Assembly: GCA_017477185.1 (NCBI GenBank)
Contig: JAFUXF010000012.1
Span: forward strand, 2,850 to 66,849
Source: Alphaproteobacteria bacterium
Lineage (GTDB): Bacteria > Pseudomonadota > Alphaproteobacteria > RF32 > CAG-239
DNA: 64,000 nt
Direction: 5' to 3'
The position numbers and the translations under genes are program-made. Below, one piece after another: positions 35,101 through 43,551 of the stretch (positions are counted from its first letter, which is position 1; each line of letters starts with the position of its first letter). Below the pieces are notes generated by a model that was given only the letters and a program-made list of their open reading frames with translations, searched no databases and was not told the origin of the DNA.

Positions 35101-38100
35101 GTTTTCGGCATCGTCATTTATGAAACTCAAAGAAGAAAGGTAGATTGGAGAAGTCGTATTGTTCAGAGAAGCTGTGATAATATCAGAAACAACCGAAGTT
35201 GCACTTAAATCTACATCAAGAGCAAGTTTCAAACCACCTATATTATCAATACTGTGAGCTAATGTAAGTGAGTCAATATGATTGTTGGCAAGATTTAATG
35301 TTCCGCCGTTAGCAACTAAAGCGCTATTTGTACCTAAAGAAGAAACAGCATTTCCACCAACCGTCAAAGTTGCATCATTATCAAGATTTGCCGTTGTAAT
35401 ATTGTTAGTATCTATCAGGACTAACTCACCGGAATTTATATTAACAGTTCCTTGCGTTAGGTTTGCAATAGTTGTTTTGCCTCCATCAACATCGGTTACA
35501 CCTGTGCCGATAACCTTATCAACAGTATTTGTACCGCTAAATTTCAAAGTCCCGGCATTATTGATAGCATAGTCAGACGTTCCCGAAAAATCAGCAACAC
35601 CATTTACATTCAAAATATCTCCACTTGAAACCGTAATACCGTCATAAGCGCCACGTGCAATGTTATTTCCATTACCAAAGATTGTGAAGCTTGTTCTATT
35701 TTCGTTATTCAGGTTTCCGAAAGCTCTATCAGCAGCGAAATCTTCTGACAATGAGAATGAATTTGGTGTAAGTGTTCCATAGTCATCATTAATCGCATTA
35801 ATTAAGTCACCATCGTAATTTAGCTTTCTTGCAACAGATAATAAACCATGTGTGGTTGTATCCGGTGTGAAAGTGTACAAATAACCTGTATCTGTTGCAC
35901 TATTTATGGCATCTTCAATAACTGTAATATTTGCTCTTTTTGTACCATCTAAATAAGTTGTTTCTGTTCCATCTACAAAATTTTCACCATCATTGACAAC
36001 ATTAACGGCATTTAAGGTAACTATATTATTTGCAACTGTCGCTGAAGAAACACCGTTAACGGTTAGCTTATCCATAACATTATTTTCAGCATCATAATCC
36101 AGATTTAAATTCAATGTTTTGGCATTACCGCCATAATTTGTAATGGTAAGAACATCTCCCGCATGATTATTTTGAAGATCCAATGTCGAATTGCCTGCAA
36201 TATTTAATGCGCTAAACGTTGAAGTAGCAGCTTCTTGACCTAATTTTAAGATACCTCTGTTCAAAGTCATTGACATTGAATTTGTTAATTGACCATTTAA
36301 TTCAACCGTACCGGTATTACTTTCATTAGCATTGATATTATTTGTTGCTGCAGAATAAATATTATCATTGATGACTATTTTTCTGCCTTCATCGGCATTC
36401 AAATTCAATGTGCCATAATCAACATAAATACCCGTTCCTACTCCTGTTGCAGTCCCTGTTGAATTGTTATTGGTAAATTCAATATTTTGATCTTTTGCAT
36501 AAATTGTTGTTTCTACTCCAATGTATTTACCGGCACCTGATTCTCTTACCTGATATATTGCGCCACCTTCTCCACTTGTTGCAATATTTCCGATAAATGA
36601 TGAATCTGTTATATTCAAAGATGCAAGTCTGTTATAACCTGTACTGTTGTATATTGCACCGCCTCTTATTGCCGAATTTTTTTCAAATGTGCTGTTATCA
36701 ACAAATAATTTATAACCGTTCCATATAGCACCGCCACCGATATAGTCTCCTGTACCATTTGCAATGTTTTCGCTAAATGTAGAATCCGAAATATTTAATA
36801 CATCCGAAGAATTGTGTTGTGAACTGTATATTGCACCGCCAGAGGCTCCTGCCGTGTTATTCTCAAATACACCTGTTAAATTATCTAATTTATTACGAGA
36901 ATAGATAGCTCCGCCATTATTACTAGCAGTATTGTTTTTGAAAGTTCCCTCTATCGAACCAACATTGATTAATGCTGAACCTGTTGCACCCGGAGTATAA
37001 TCGCTGGCATAAATAGCACCACCTTCACCATTAGTAGCAGTGTTATTCTCAAAGATACCGTCTATTTTATTGACATTACCTGCAATAAACAAAGCACCAC
37101 CGCTTGAATTAGCAACATTATCCGTAAATGTTCCTTCAATTTCGTTTATGGTATGACCATTATAGTTATATATGGCAGGACCTTGCGTGGCATTGTTAGC
37201 GTAAAAAATGCCTTTGATCTTGCCGGTAATTGAACCATTGTTATATATACCACCGCCGGTTGAAGTTGAATTATTTGCAATGAAATTGCCGTTTATATCC
37301 TTCATCGTTCCGGCATTATAAATCGCACCATTAACATCATTGTTACCAATAAAATCTCCGTTAATTTCTGTTATTGTTCCTGCATTATATATTGCACCTT
37401 GTTTACCGGTAGAAGTATTACCGATGAAATCACCCGTTATAGTTCCGATAGTTCCTCTGTTATCAATTGCAGAACCGGCATTTGCATAACCATAAGTAAC
37501 CTTAGATAAATTGCCGATGAAATTACCTTTTACGGTTGCAATATTACCTGAGGGTTGGTTAAATAAAGCACCGCCGCCATAAGTTCTTTGAATTGTATTA
37601 TTTACAAAATCACCTTCAACACAGGTAATCTCGGCATTATTAACCAATGCTCCGCCTGCGGATGTATCTGTTGATGTTGTAATCCCGACAGTGTCCCCTA
37701 CATATTTTGTACCGTCTAAAGTTGCAACGGTTGATGCCCCGCTGTTTGTTGCAGTTAATTTTTTGTTTTCGTTATCCCAAGTATATGAGATATCACCATT
37801 TATATAGTTTTTCTTCTTAATATCTGTATAGAAAGTCTTATCTCCGTAGGTTACAGGAATAATACCGGTATTTTCTTTGGTAAACTTATATCCGCTTTCA
37901 CTCCCTAATGTCGGTCTAAACCAAATCACTCTGTCAGAAAGACTTAAAACACCTGTTGTATTATTATAATTTGCTGTTGCATAAATTCCGGAATCAAAGT
38001 CTGTGGCAAGTTGTATTGCATCTTTGAGACTACCATCCGCGATTTGAAATTCACCGTTTTCGGCATCGTCATTTATGAAGTTCAAAGAAGAAAGATAAAT

Positions 38101-40332
38101 CGGAGAAGTCGTATTGCTCAGAGAAGCTGTGATAATATCAGAAACAACCGAAGTTGCACTTAAATCTACATCAAGAGCAAGTTTCAAACCACCTATATTA
38201 TCAATACTGTGAGCTAATGTAAGCGAGTCAATATGATTGTTGGCAAGATTTAATGTTCCGCCGTTAGCAACTAAAGCACTATTTGTACCTAAAGAAGAAA
38301 CAGCGTCTTTATCAACCGTTAAAGTCGCATCACTGCTTAGATTTACGGTTGAAATATTATTCGTGCCGGTCAAAGCCAATTCACCGGATACAACATTTGC
38401 CTCATCTTGATCAACAAATTCAACAGTCGTTACTCCGCCATCAACATAAAATGCTCCTTCACCGGTTATTTTATCAAGACTATTCGTGCCGGTAAAATTA
38501 ACTGTTCCATTATTGTTGATGTCTGCCGTGTCATTATTCGTAAATGTTGAATTGGTAATATTTAATGTTCCGCCATTGTCAATTGCATAATCAGAAGCTC
38601 CTGAAAATTCTGCAACTTTATTGATATTTAGGATATCTCCACTCGCAACTTTTATACCAGTATTGTTTTCTCCCAAGATTTTGTGATTATTACCAAAAAT
38701 AGTAAATCCGTCAGGTCTGTTTTCATTGTTCAATGCTCCCAAAGCCCTGTCTGCTTCAAAATCAGCTCTCATAGAATAAGCATTCGGGTGCATTTCGGCA
38801 ACATCATCCGCAACAGCATTGATTAAATCACCTGTATATTCTAGTGCCCTTGAAACAGAAACAAGTCCATGATTTGTTGTATCCGGTGTAAATTCATAGA
38901 CATAGCCGTCATAAACGGTTGAAGTTATATCACCCGAAACTGTGATATTAGCTTTTGCACTGCCGTCTAAATATGTTGTTTCAGTTCCGTCAACAAAGCT
39001 TTCATTATCAGCTGTTATATTTACAGCATTCAATTTAATACTGCCAGAACCATTATTAACAGTTATCTTATCCATATTGTTTTGAGCAGCATCATAGTCA
39101 ACATTGAGCTTTAATTCTCCCGAACCGGCTAAAGTTGAAAATGTAACAACATCTGTTGCATTATCATTTTGCAAATCAAGAGTTGAATCATCTTCTGAAA
39201 CGGTTAATTTTGTAAATGTAGTATTAGCCGCTTTCTGTCCCAGTTTTAAAGTTCCGGAATTAAGGTTAACATTTGAAGTTCCACCCAAATTCATACTGTC
39301 ATTTATTTCAATTTTATGATTATTATTTGCATTAAATGTGATAGTTCCGGTGTTATGAATCCCTGTTCCGGTACCGGTTGAAGTTCCGTTACTATTATTG
39401 TTTTCAAATAATACATCTTTATTTTGTGCTGTAATACTAATATTACCGGTAGAATAAATAGCAGCACCATAATTAACAGGAGCGATATTTCCAATAAAGC
39501 TAGAATCATAAAGATTAATTGTACCGGTATTATATATGGCCCCACCAGAACTTGTTGATTTGTTAGCAATAAAATTACCGGTCAAAGATGTGATTGTACT
39601 TGAGGTATTACTTATAGCACCACCTGTATCGTCTGCATAATTGCCGATGAAATCTCCAATAGCATTACCTATCGTAGCAGATGCATAAAGCATAATCGCT
39701 CCACCACCCATATAACTGCCGGTAGTGTAGTTACCTATAAAATCAGCATTGATAGAATTTATTGTTGCTCCGGAATTGGTTATAGCGCCACCATACCTCC
39801 CATGATTTCCAACAAAAAGCCCTGTTACAGAATTTAAGGTACCACTGGTTTTGGCTATACCACCGCCACCGTAGCCTGCATTTGCGTAGTTTCCAATGAA
39901 ATAACCTGCAACATCTCCTGTGGGATTAGATAAAGCCCCTCCGGCACTATTATTAACATTATTATAAATATAATCTCCGCCTTGTATTGTTTGAACTAAA
40001 TCTGGTATGTTCAATTTATGATTTTGAGAGCTCCAATTATATTCTATTGAATGTTCAGCTTCACCTTTAGTATAAGTCGTCTTATCAATATCAACATAAT
40101 ATTCATCATTGCCGATTTGTACAGGAATAGAAGTATTTGCCCCTGTTTGTTTCCAACTATAAGCGGCATCATTTCCTCTTGTCGGATTAAGTACAGTAGG
40201 AACTTCCGCCATAACATTTTCAGCTATACCTGTAACCCCAACAAAAACCGCAGCATTTAGCCATGCACACTTAAGCAAAATGCTTCTGTACATTTGAGTT
40301 AAGCGAGTAATAGCAGAACGAGTATAACGCAT
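29182..40332 (-). CDS. giant autotransporter (3716 aa) with Pmp-type (GGAI / FxxN) repeats and a C-terminal beta-barrel
   Basis: Extended signal region ending VMA. Dozens of GGAI(Y/S)N and F(I/E)(G/N)N motifs. The C-terminal ~280 aa has alternating amphipathic strands and ends in ...KAKYNF. Confidence 0.9.
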   Translation of the reverse strand: MRYTRSAITRLTQMYRSILLKCAWLNAAVFVGVTGIAENVMAEVPTVLNPTRGNDAAYSWKQTGANTSIPVQIGNDEYYVDIDKTTYTKGEAEHSIEYNWSSQNHKLNIPDLVQTIQGGDYIYNNVNNSAGGALSNPTGDVAGYFIGNYANAGYGGGGIAKTSGTLNSVTGLFVGNHGRYGGAITNSGATINSINADFIGNYTTGSYMGGGAIMLYASATIGNAIGDFIGNYADDTGGAISNTSSTITSLTGNFIANKSTSSGGAIYNTGTINLYDSSFIGNIAPVNYGAAIYSTGNISITAQNKDVLFENNNSNGTSTGTGTGIHNTGTITFNANNNHKIEINDSMNLGGTSNVNLNSGTLKLGQKAANTTFTKLTVSEDDSTLDLQNDNATDVVTFSTLAGSGELKLNVDYDAAQNNMDKITVNNGSGSIKLNAVNITADNESFVDGTETTYLDGSAKANITVSGDITSTVYDGYVYEFTPDTTNHGLVSVSRALEYTGDLINAVADDVAEMHPNAYSMRADFEADRALGALNNENRPDGFTIFGNNHKILGENNTGIKVASGDILNINKVAEFSGASDYAIDNGGTLNITNSTFTNNDTADINNNGTVNFTGTNSLDKITGEGAFYVDGGVTTVEFVDQDEANVVSGELALTGTNNISTVNLSSDATLTVDKDAVSSLGTNSALVANGGTLNLANNHIDSLTLAHSIDNIGGLKLALDVDLSATSVVSDIITASLSNTTSPIYLSSLNFINDDAENGEFQIADGSLKDAIQLATDFDSGIYATANYNNTTGVLSLSDRVIWFRPTLGSESGYKFTKENTGIIPVTYGDKTFYTDIKKKNYINGDISYTWDNENKKLTATNSGASTVATLDGTKYVGDTVGITTSTDTSAGGALVNNAEITCVEGDFVNNTIQRTYGGGALFNQPSGNIATVKGNFIGNLSKVTYGYANAGSAIDNRGTIGTITGDFIGNTSTGKQGAIYNAGTITEINGDFIGNNDVNGAIYNAGTMKDINGNFIANNSTSTGGGIYNNGSITGKIKGIFYANNATQGPAIYNYNGHTINEIEGTFTDNVANSSGGALFIAGNVNKIDGIFENNTATNGEGGAIYASDYTPGATGSALINVGSIEGTFKNNTASNNGGAIYSRNKLDNLTGVFENNTAGASGGAIYSSQHNSSDVLNISDSTFSENIANGTGDYIGGGAIWNGYKLFVDNSTFEKNSAIRGGAIYNSTGYNRLASLNITDSSFIGNIATSGEGGAIYQVRESGAGKYIGVETTIYAKDQNIEFTNNNSTGTATGVGTGIYVDYGTLNLNADEGRKIVINDNIYSAATNNINANESNTGTVELNGQLTNSMSMTLNRGILKLGQEAATSTFSALNIAGNSTLDLQNNHAGDVLTITNYGGNAKTLNLNLDYDAENNVMDKLTVNGVSSATVANNIVTLNAVNVVNDGENFVDGTETTYLDGTKRANITVIEDAINSATDTGYLYTFTPDTTTHGLLSVARKLNYDGDLINAINDDYGTLTPNSFSLSEDFAADRAFGNLNNENRTSFTIFGNGNNIARGAYDGITVSSGDILNVNGVADFSGTSDYAINNAGTLKFSGTNTVDKVIGTGVTDVDGGKTTIANLTQGTVNINSGELVLIDTNNITTANLDNDATLTVGGNAVSSLGTNSALVANGGTLNLANNHIDSLTLAHSIDNIGGLKLALDVDLSATSVVSDIITASLNNTTSPIYLSSLSFINDDAENGELHIADGTLKSVLALANDFDAGIYATATYDNTTGVLSLSDRINWLKPTLGSDSAYKFTKENTGIIPVAYGDKTFYTDIKKTTYGEDDTELKYTWANNQLTVKNSDNTALTPTIREGVEYVGKTGGVLSNPTGDITADFVGNSGSYGTAINNAGNSNNIGSITGNFIGNSASGYAGVLRHDSSTGEIGEIVGDFIGNRGTGGSYGGGAILTYSSGKIGLIKGDFIGNYQNAQGGAIYNYNTNIDSILGNFIKNKSTSYGGAISNLSGTINIANSSFIGNEAAGSVNYGGAIYNEANDAIINLTDTSFIGNVADRGAAIYNDRGTVTITAKNRDVEFTDNVNATANGNGYGITSYNNSSVLNLNAAEGKEVTINDKIYVAGTLNINSDATYNDGTIELNGAYDNSGTTNLAGGTLQLGTTPATSTIQALNVTGDATLSLQNDHAGDVLTVTTYGGNENTLNLNLDYDATLNVMDKLKVNNVSSSTKADNIITLNAINVINTPDEYADDTEATYLDGNAKDNITTRTTAYTTIADGYAYTFTPDSETTGLLSISRKLHYDGDLINAILDNVGTMHPTAYSLSEDFTADRAFGSLNNADRTAFTIFGNGNSILGDSNTGIKVAEGSTLTISGVDEFSGASDYAVDNAGTLNVEDSTFVNNTTADINNTDTLNLDGTNSLSKITGTAGTANVVTGATTVGQITQKVINIESDATLTANGNVIVGTGTGEGIVNATENGLTVNGGVLTGKVAGDGSTQFTGTSSIASGSVVNQAVTIASGTLTANTSNFGSTITNAGTLNLSGTLSKAVAGTTGVTKVNEALVMTSAGSVAGTLDLNDGTLNLAGDEAVTEQAVNKLLGDGSIKIDIDYTGETPIADAINIAVAGDTERTITVSDITEIGTTSDSFTVQVLKGATDNITLALSDELAAAYQGDEVTDITYEAEDFAADIDFDKLSFDTIEYTEKKQKTLSVDGTSLQLAVNVTEAKHQTGVTQADALATLNTTSGSRSMKATTTESSNAYQLTQNLGTTAAGDITIEGRSATDLAELDMNGKIGFAVSKADTTVNLKNVEVVNAKTETGSLINITNSTAEANLDGVVVAENTANVIASNGTVNIKDSTINAGIANTGEVHATGTNALDKLTGEGTFYVDGGVTTIDFVEQDSVSVAENSGLTVSSMTTANGVDNDGTLTLTGTANANAITGDGHTVIANNMTNTGTISQEVTINSNKTLTTAADKIGGAVTNGGIVNLTGGTLAQQITGGTTKISGTVQNNTTMTNMVEIASGGTLKTAANGFSNDITTNAGTIELTGGTLNKTIAGTTKISGNVTNNGTLENVTVTGTLTSSADDISGTVANSGTYNVTDGTIAQNVTGNGALVVAGDVVNNAQIANNITINNGQSLESNASNVTGTVTGGTYKVTGGTIGKAVSGGNLIVEGAVANNAVISSAITINNDKSLTSSADNIQVAITNNGTYNINGGTIGNAVNGGITNIIGDAIWGDGADLTTSNTIIANNGSLDIGTNQVTLGDAVINGTLKMGITNLSDASSDYTGGKLTAHDLTLGSSSKLALTVASGLMTEKGQSTEGLDLINVTGTKTGDFAELMSNNRYQVTQTEDGKFKITYTSSAADVTEAANGSTNNVKAAQAWDSFNAPEGTPAAVVQEYLNELSQHDAVAYTKALTDLAPTDSLVHVGVTQDFNNMVDAQVADRLQTQGMNSGDVFERQGAWVQTLYNRSKQHAADQMPGFRGHTKGVAFGLDGKKDSQTMVGVGYAYGNTDVESAGRDTDIASHNFYVYGKYQPSEWFVRAMAMYGIAKYEEKANIGGVVNKGDYNVQNMGASAYVGYDWQDGITPEAGLRYTHIKRDDYTDTVGQRIRADDVDILTAVAGINFASTVENETYTFTPRARVALTYDLLSDDSNATVNVGTNVYNVTGEKLDRIGLEAGVGVDVDVEDWTLSAEYNANLRQGYTSHTGSLKAKYNF
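35095..35350. repeat. near-identical ~250-bp block inside the autotransporter (copy 1)
   Basis: Almost base-for-base identical to about 38052-38305, for example ...GAAGCTGTGATAATATCAGAAACAACCGAAGTTGCACTTAAATCTACATCAAGAGCAAG.... Confidence 0.8.
38052..38305. repeat. near-identical ~250-bp block inside the autotransporter (copy 2)
   Basis: See 35095-35350. The offset is about 2.96 kb, which equals one passenger module. Confidence 0.8.
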
Positions 40333-40512
40333 AGCACATTCCTTATTTTAGACAAAGAAGAACAATGATGTTTAGAGTATATAGATATCAATAAAAGAAT
40401 CAAGTAAATTCCGCTATTTTCCAAAGATTTTACGGTCATTACATCCATAAAAAATCATCGAAATGGAAAAATAAATCAGTAGAAATTATGAATTATACGA
40501 ATTCTATAATAT

Positions 40513-40701
40513 ATGACTGATACATATACACAACTCAAAGATGAGTTATCGATTCTCTATCCCGATGTTACGGATACAGAACTCAACGAAATGACTGATA
40601 ATTTGATAAATTTTTATAAAACAGCCGTAAAAGCTGTCTTAAATAGTGAAAATAATCAAATTGAAAAACTTGACGCTGACGACAATAACTTCAATACATA
40701 G
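40513..40701 (+). CDS. small acidic hypothetical protein
   Basis: 62-aa ORF with no motif. Coding status is uncertain. Confidence 0.3.
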   Translation: MTDTYTQLKDELSILYPDVTDTELNEMTDNLINFYKTAVKAVLNSENNQIEKLDADDNNFNT

Positions 40702-40831
40702 ATTTATCAGCTAACATTTTGAAAAATCTTAATGTTATTTGCAAAAAAGTGCATGTAACATATGTTTTTTTGCGTACTTTCTCAAAATAACACATTATAA
40801 TAAATATTATGGAAAAACAAAAGGATAAGTT

Positions 40832-41065
40832 ATGGAAAAGAAATATACTCAAGTTATAGAAATCGAAGAATGCAACCAGGCAGTTATGCTTGCTCGTGTG
40901 TCAAGCCGTAAACAGGAACGCGGTGCTAGCTTAGATGCTCAAGTAGAAAGAATAGAAGAATATTGTAAAAAGAATAATTTTTCTATTATTGAACCAACCC
41001 CAAAAGCGTTTGTCTTTACAGAAAGTTCAACTCGTGGTGGTCGTAAAAAATTTAAAGATTGGCTG
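40832..41065 (+). pseudogene. N-terminal fragment of a serine recombinase
   Basis: AVMLARVSSRKQERGASLDAQ...ESSTRGGRKKF is colinear with the island recombinase N-terminus (VSFVRVSSKEQEDGFSLQAQ...ESSTKGKRPEF). Similarity ends at about 41062. Confidence 0.75.
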
Positions 41066-41478
41066 CCATATATGACCAAAATGGACAGTTAATTGCTAAA
41101 GAGGCAAACAGCGTGGTAACTGAAGTTTGTAGCCACAATCATGCTGAAATGAATGTTATTAAAGCTGCAGAAAAAGTTTTAGGAACATACGATTTATCTC
41201 CTCATAATTTACGTTTATATATTTCAGCCGAACCATGCCTCATGTGCTTAGGTGGCATTATGTGGTCTGGAATTAAAGAAGTTTATTATGGCGTTCCTTC
41301 TAAAATTGTAGAAGAAATTACGGGTTTTGACGAAGGATTTAAACCTGATTGGTTAACGGAATTTAAAAAAAGAGGAATTACTGTATATGGTAATATTGAA
41401 ATTGAAGCAGGAAAAAAAGTGCTTCAAGAATATATATCAAAACAGTATATCGTTTATAAACCGACCAGAAATAAGTAA
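41059..41478 (+). CDS. CDA-fold guanine-deaminase-like protein, 5'-truncated
   Basis: HAE (SHNHAEMNVI) and PCLMC zinc motifs. The GuaD-like tail is GFDEGF. About 25-30 N-terminal residues seem to be missing compared with typical family members. Confidence 0.7.
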   Translation: MAAIYDQNGQLIAKEANSVVTEVCSHNHAEMNVIKAAEKVLGTYDLSPHNLRLYISAEPCLMCLGGIMWSGIKEVYYGVPSKIVEEITGFDEGFKPDWLTEFKKRGITVYGNIEIEAGKKVLQEYISKQYIVYKPTRNK

Positions 41479-41511
41479 TACCTTTTATCTAAAAAGGAGA
41501 TAATATTTTAA

Positions 41512-42849
41512 ATGACTTCGACTAGCCTAAAAACCTCAAACAAAAAAAATTTGAAAAATATTTATTCTCTGGACGGCAAAGTCCCCCATAAAGCAGCTTT
41601 TCTGTTTGGATTACAGCATGTATTGGCAATGTTTGTTGCCAATATTGCCCCTATTTTTATTGTTGCGGCAGCAAGCGGCTTAAAAGAGACTGAAACTGTT
41701 TTTCTGATCCAAACCGCCATGATTTTTGCTGCTGTCGGGACATTTTTACAGTTATTTCCCGTTTGGCGATTAGGAGCTAAGATGCCGATTGTAACAGGCA
41801 TTAGCTTTACTTTTGTAGCTGTTTTTTGCCAGATAGGAGCAAAATTCGGATACGGAAGCATCTTAGGAGCTGTTTTACTCGGAGGAACATTACAATGTTT
41901 ATTAGGGTTAACCGCCAAATATTGGATTAAAATAATATCCCCGATTGTTGCAGCATGCGTCGTTACTTCTATCGGCATATCTCTGCTTCCGGTTGGAGCA
42001 CAAACTTTCGGCGGAGGACTGGGAACTGCCGATTTTGGCTCACTGGAAAATTTATTCTTAGGATCAATAACCTTACTATGCTGCTTGCTGTTTCAAATGA
42101 CCCTAAAATCAGATTTAAGACAGCTTTCTGTCCTGTTTGGCTTAATTGTCGGCTACGTTATAGCTTTATTTATGGGAAAAGTTGATTTCAGTGCCTTAGA
42201 AAATTTATCTTTCCTTTCTTTTCCGCACTATATGCCGTTTGCTCTGGAATTTAGAGCTGAAGCCGTTTACCCGATTTTGATATTATTTTTAGTATCATCG
42301 ACAGAAACCATCGGTGATGTTTCTGCTTTAGCGGAAGTCGGGTTTAACAGACAAGCCACCCTAAAAGAAAAATCAGGGGCACTGGCCTGTGATGGCTTTG
42401 TTAGCGCAATCTCTTCTTTTTTCGGATGTTTGCCGATTACATCATTTAGTCAAAACGTCGGTTTAGTCGCCATGACAAAGGTTATTAATCGACAAGTTAT
42501 AGCTTCCGGTGCTTGCATTATGCTCTTAGCCGGTCTTGTTCCGCTCTGTGGAGGCATATTAGCAACTCTCCCAAACGCTGTATTGGGTGGCACTGTCATT
42601 ATGATGTTCGGAAACATTCTTGTTTGCGGACTTCGTATGATTTCTTCTTGCGGCTTTAACAACCGCAATATGACGATTGCGGCTGTTTCTTTAGCAATAG
42701 GCGTCGGCTTTGCACAAGAACCCAAATTATTTGTTTATTTTCCCGATATGATACAAAACATTGCTACCAACAACTGCGTTGTTCTTACTTTCGTTGTTGC
42801 TGTTCTCCTAAATAGCCTCCTTCCTCAGGAAAAAGAAAAACATGATTAA
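41512..42849 (+). CDS. nucleobase:cation symporter-2 (xanthine/uracil permease) family transporter
   Basis: 445 aa and polytopic. N-terminal GLQHVLAMFVANIAP and later SSTETIGD are typical of NCS2 permeases. Confidence 0.85.
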   Translation: MTSTSLKTSNKKNLKNIYSLDGKVPHKAAFLFGLQHVLAMFVANIAPIFIVAAASGLKETETVFLIQTAMIFAAVGTFLQLFPVWRLGAKMPIVTGISFTFVAVFCQIGAKFGYGSILGAVLLGGTLQCLLGLTAKYWIKIISPIVAACVVTSIGISLLPVGAQTFGGGLGTADFGSLENLFLGSITLLCCLLFQMTLKSDLRQLSVLFGLIVGYVIALFMGKVDFSALENLSFLSFPHYMPFALEFRAEAVYPILILFLVSSTETIGDVSALAEVGFNRQATLKEKSGALACDGFVSAISSFFGCLPITSFSQNVGLVAMTKVINRQVIASGACIMLLAGLVPLCGGILATLPNAVLGGTVIMMFGNILVCGLRMISSCGFNNRNMTIAAVSLAIGVGFAQEPKLFVYFPDMIQNIATNNCVVLTFVVAVLLNSLLPQEKEKHD

Positions 42850-42887
42850 CTTCGGAGAAAAAGCATCCTCTCTAGCCAACAAAAAAC

Positions 42888-43100
42888 CTAAATTCTCAAC
42901 CCTTTTAAGATAATTTCAGAAATATCATAGACTTTAACAAAACTACCCTTTAGAGAATGAGCTCTCGAATGCGTATTGGTACAGTAGATATTTTTTATTA
43001 GGCCGCATTTTTTGAGCTTTTCCAATGCATCTCCGGCAAAAACACCATGCACGCAAACAACATAAATATTTTTTGCAGCTGATTGACATTTTTGTTGATT
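42888..43100 (-). pseudogene. remnant of a ribose-phosphate pyrophosphokinase/phosphoribosyltransferase-like gene (C-terminal part)
   Basis: The minus strand translates to ...SAAKNIYVVCVHGVFAGDALEKLKKCGLIKNIYCTNTHS...VKVYDISEIILKGLRI*. This parallels the Prs C-terminus (ya-x-x-tHgvfsg-x-a...vtnt...). There is no start codon and the upstream frame is broken. Confidence 0.4.
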
Positions 43101-43144
43101 ATGATAACTTCGACAACAAATTTTACCTAAAGGAGAAAATCATT

Positions 43145-43546
43145 ATGAAAAAATATATCATGGCTTTTTTATCTCTTATCTTGAGCTTTAATGCTCAAGC
43201 ATCATCCTCTGAAATTTTACAAAAATCACAAACAACATGGAACAAAACACCACTTCCACATATGAATCTTACCCATCCTGAAGTAACGGTTGTCAGAATT
43301 CGAATTCCTAAGGGTGAAAAATTACCTCTTCACAAACATCCTATCTTAAACGTCGGCTACTTAACCAAAGGCGAATTAACCGTCCGTACCGAAAATGATG
43401 AGGTTTTGGTTCTAAAAGCCGGAGATCCTATCATTGAGGTTATCGACACATGGCACTACGGAGAAAGCACCGGCAATGAAGATGCGGAAATTATCGTTGT
43501 TTACGTTGGCAACAAAGGCGACGCAATAACTAAATTAAAAGAGTAA
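43145..43546 (+). CDS. secreted cupin-domain protein
   Basis: I prefer the start at MKKYIMAFLSLILSFNAQA, a signal peptide with an AAAGGAG RBS. Cupin motifs are LPLHKHP and HYGE. Confidence 0.7.
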   Translation: MKKYIMAFLSLILSFNAQASSSEILQKSQTTWNKTPLPHMNLTHPEVTVVRIRIPKGEKLPLHKHPILNVGYLTKGELTVRTENDEVLVLKAGDPIIEVIDTWHYGESTGNEDAEIIVVYVGNKGDAITKLKE

Positions 43547-43551
43547 ATTGA

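Noticed and set aside
29559-40260. About ten short ORFs on both strands within 29.5-40.3 kb (for example 31484-31678, 35282-35572, 39303-39569)
   Set aside because: All are nested in the 11-kb autotransporter CDS, whose repetitive Gly/Thr/Asn/Ala codon usage leaves other frames open. None has independent support.
43025-43144. 5' extension of the cupin ORF (tracked start 43025)
   Set aside because: The internal ATG at 43145 has an AAAGGAG RBS and begins a canonical signal peptide. The extension overlaps the antisense Prs-like remnant.
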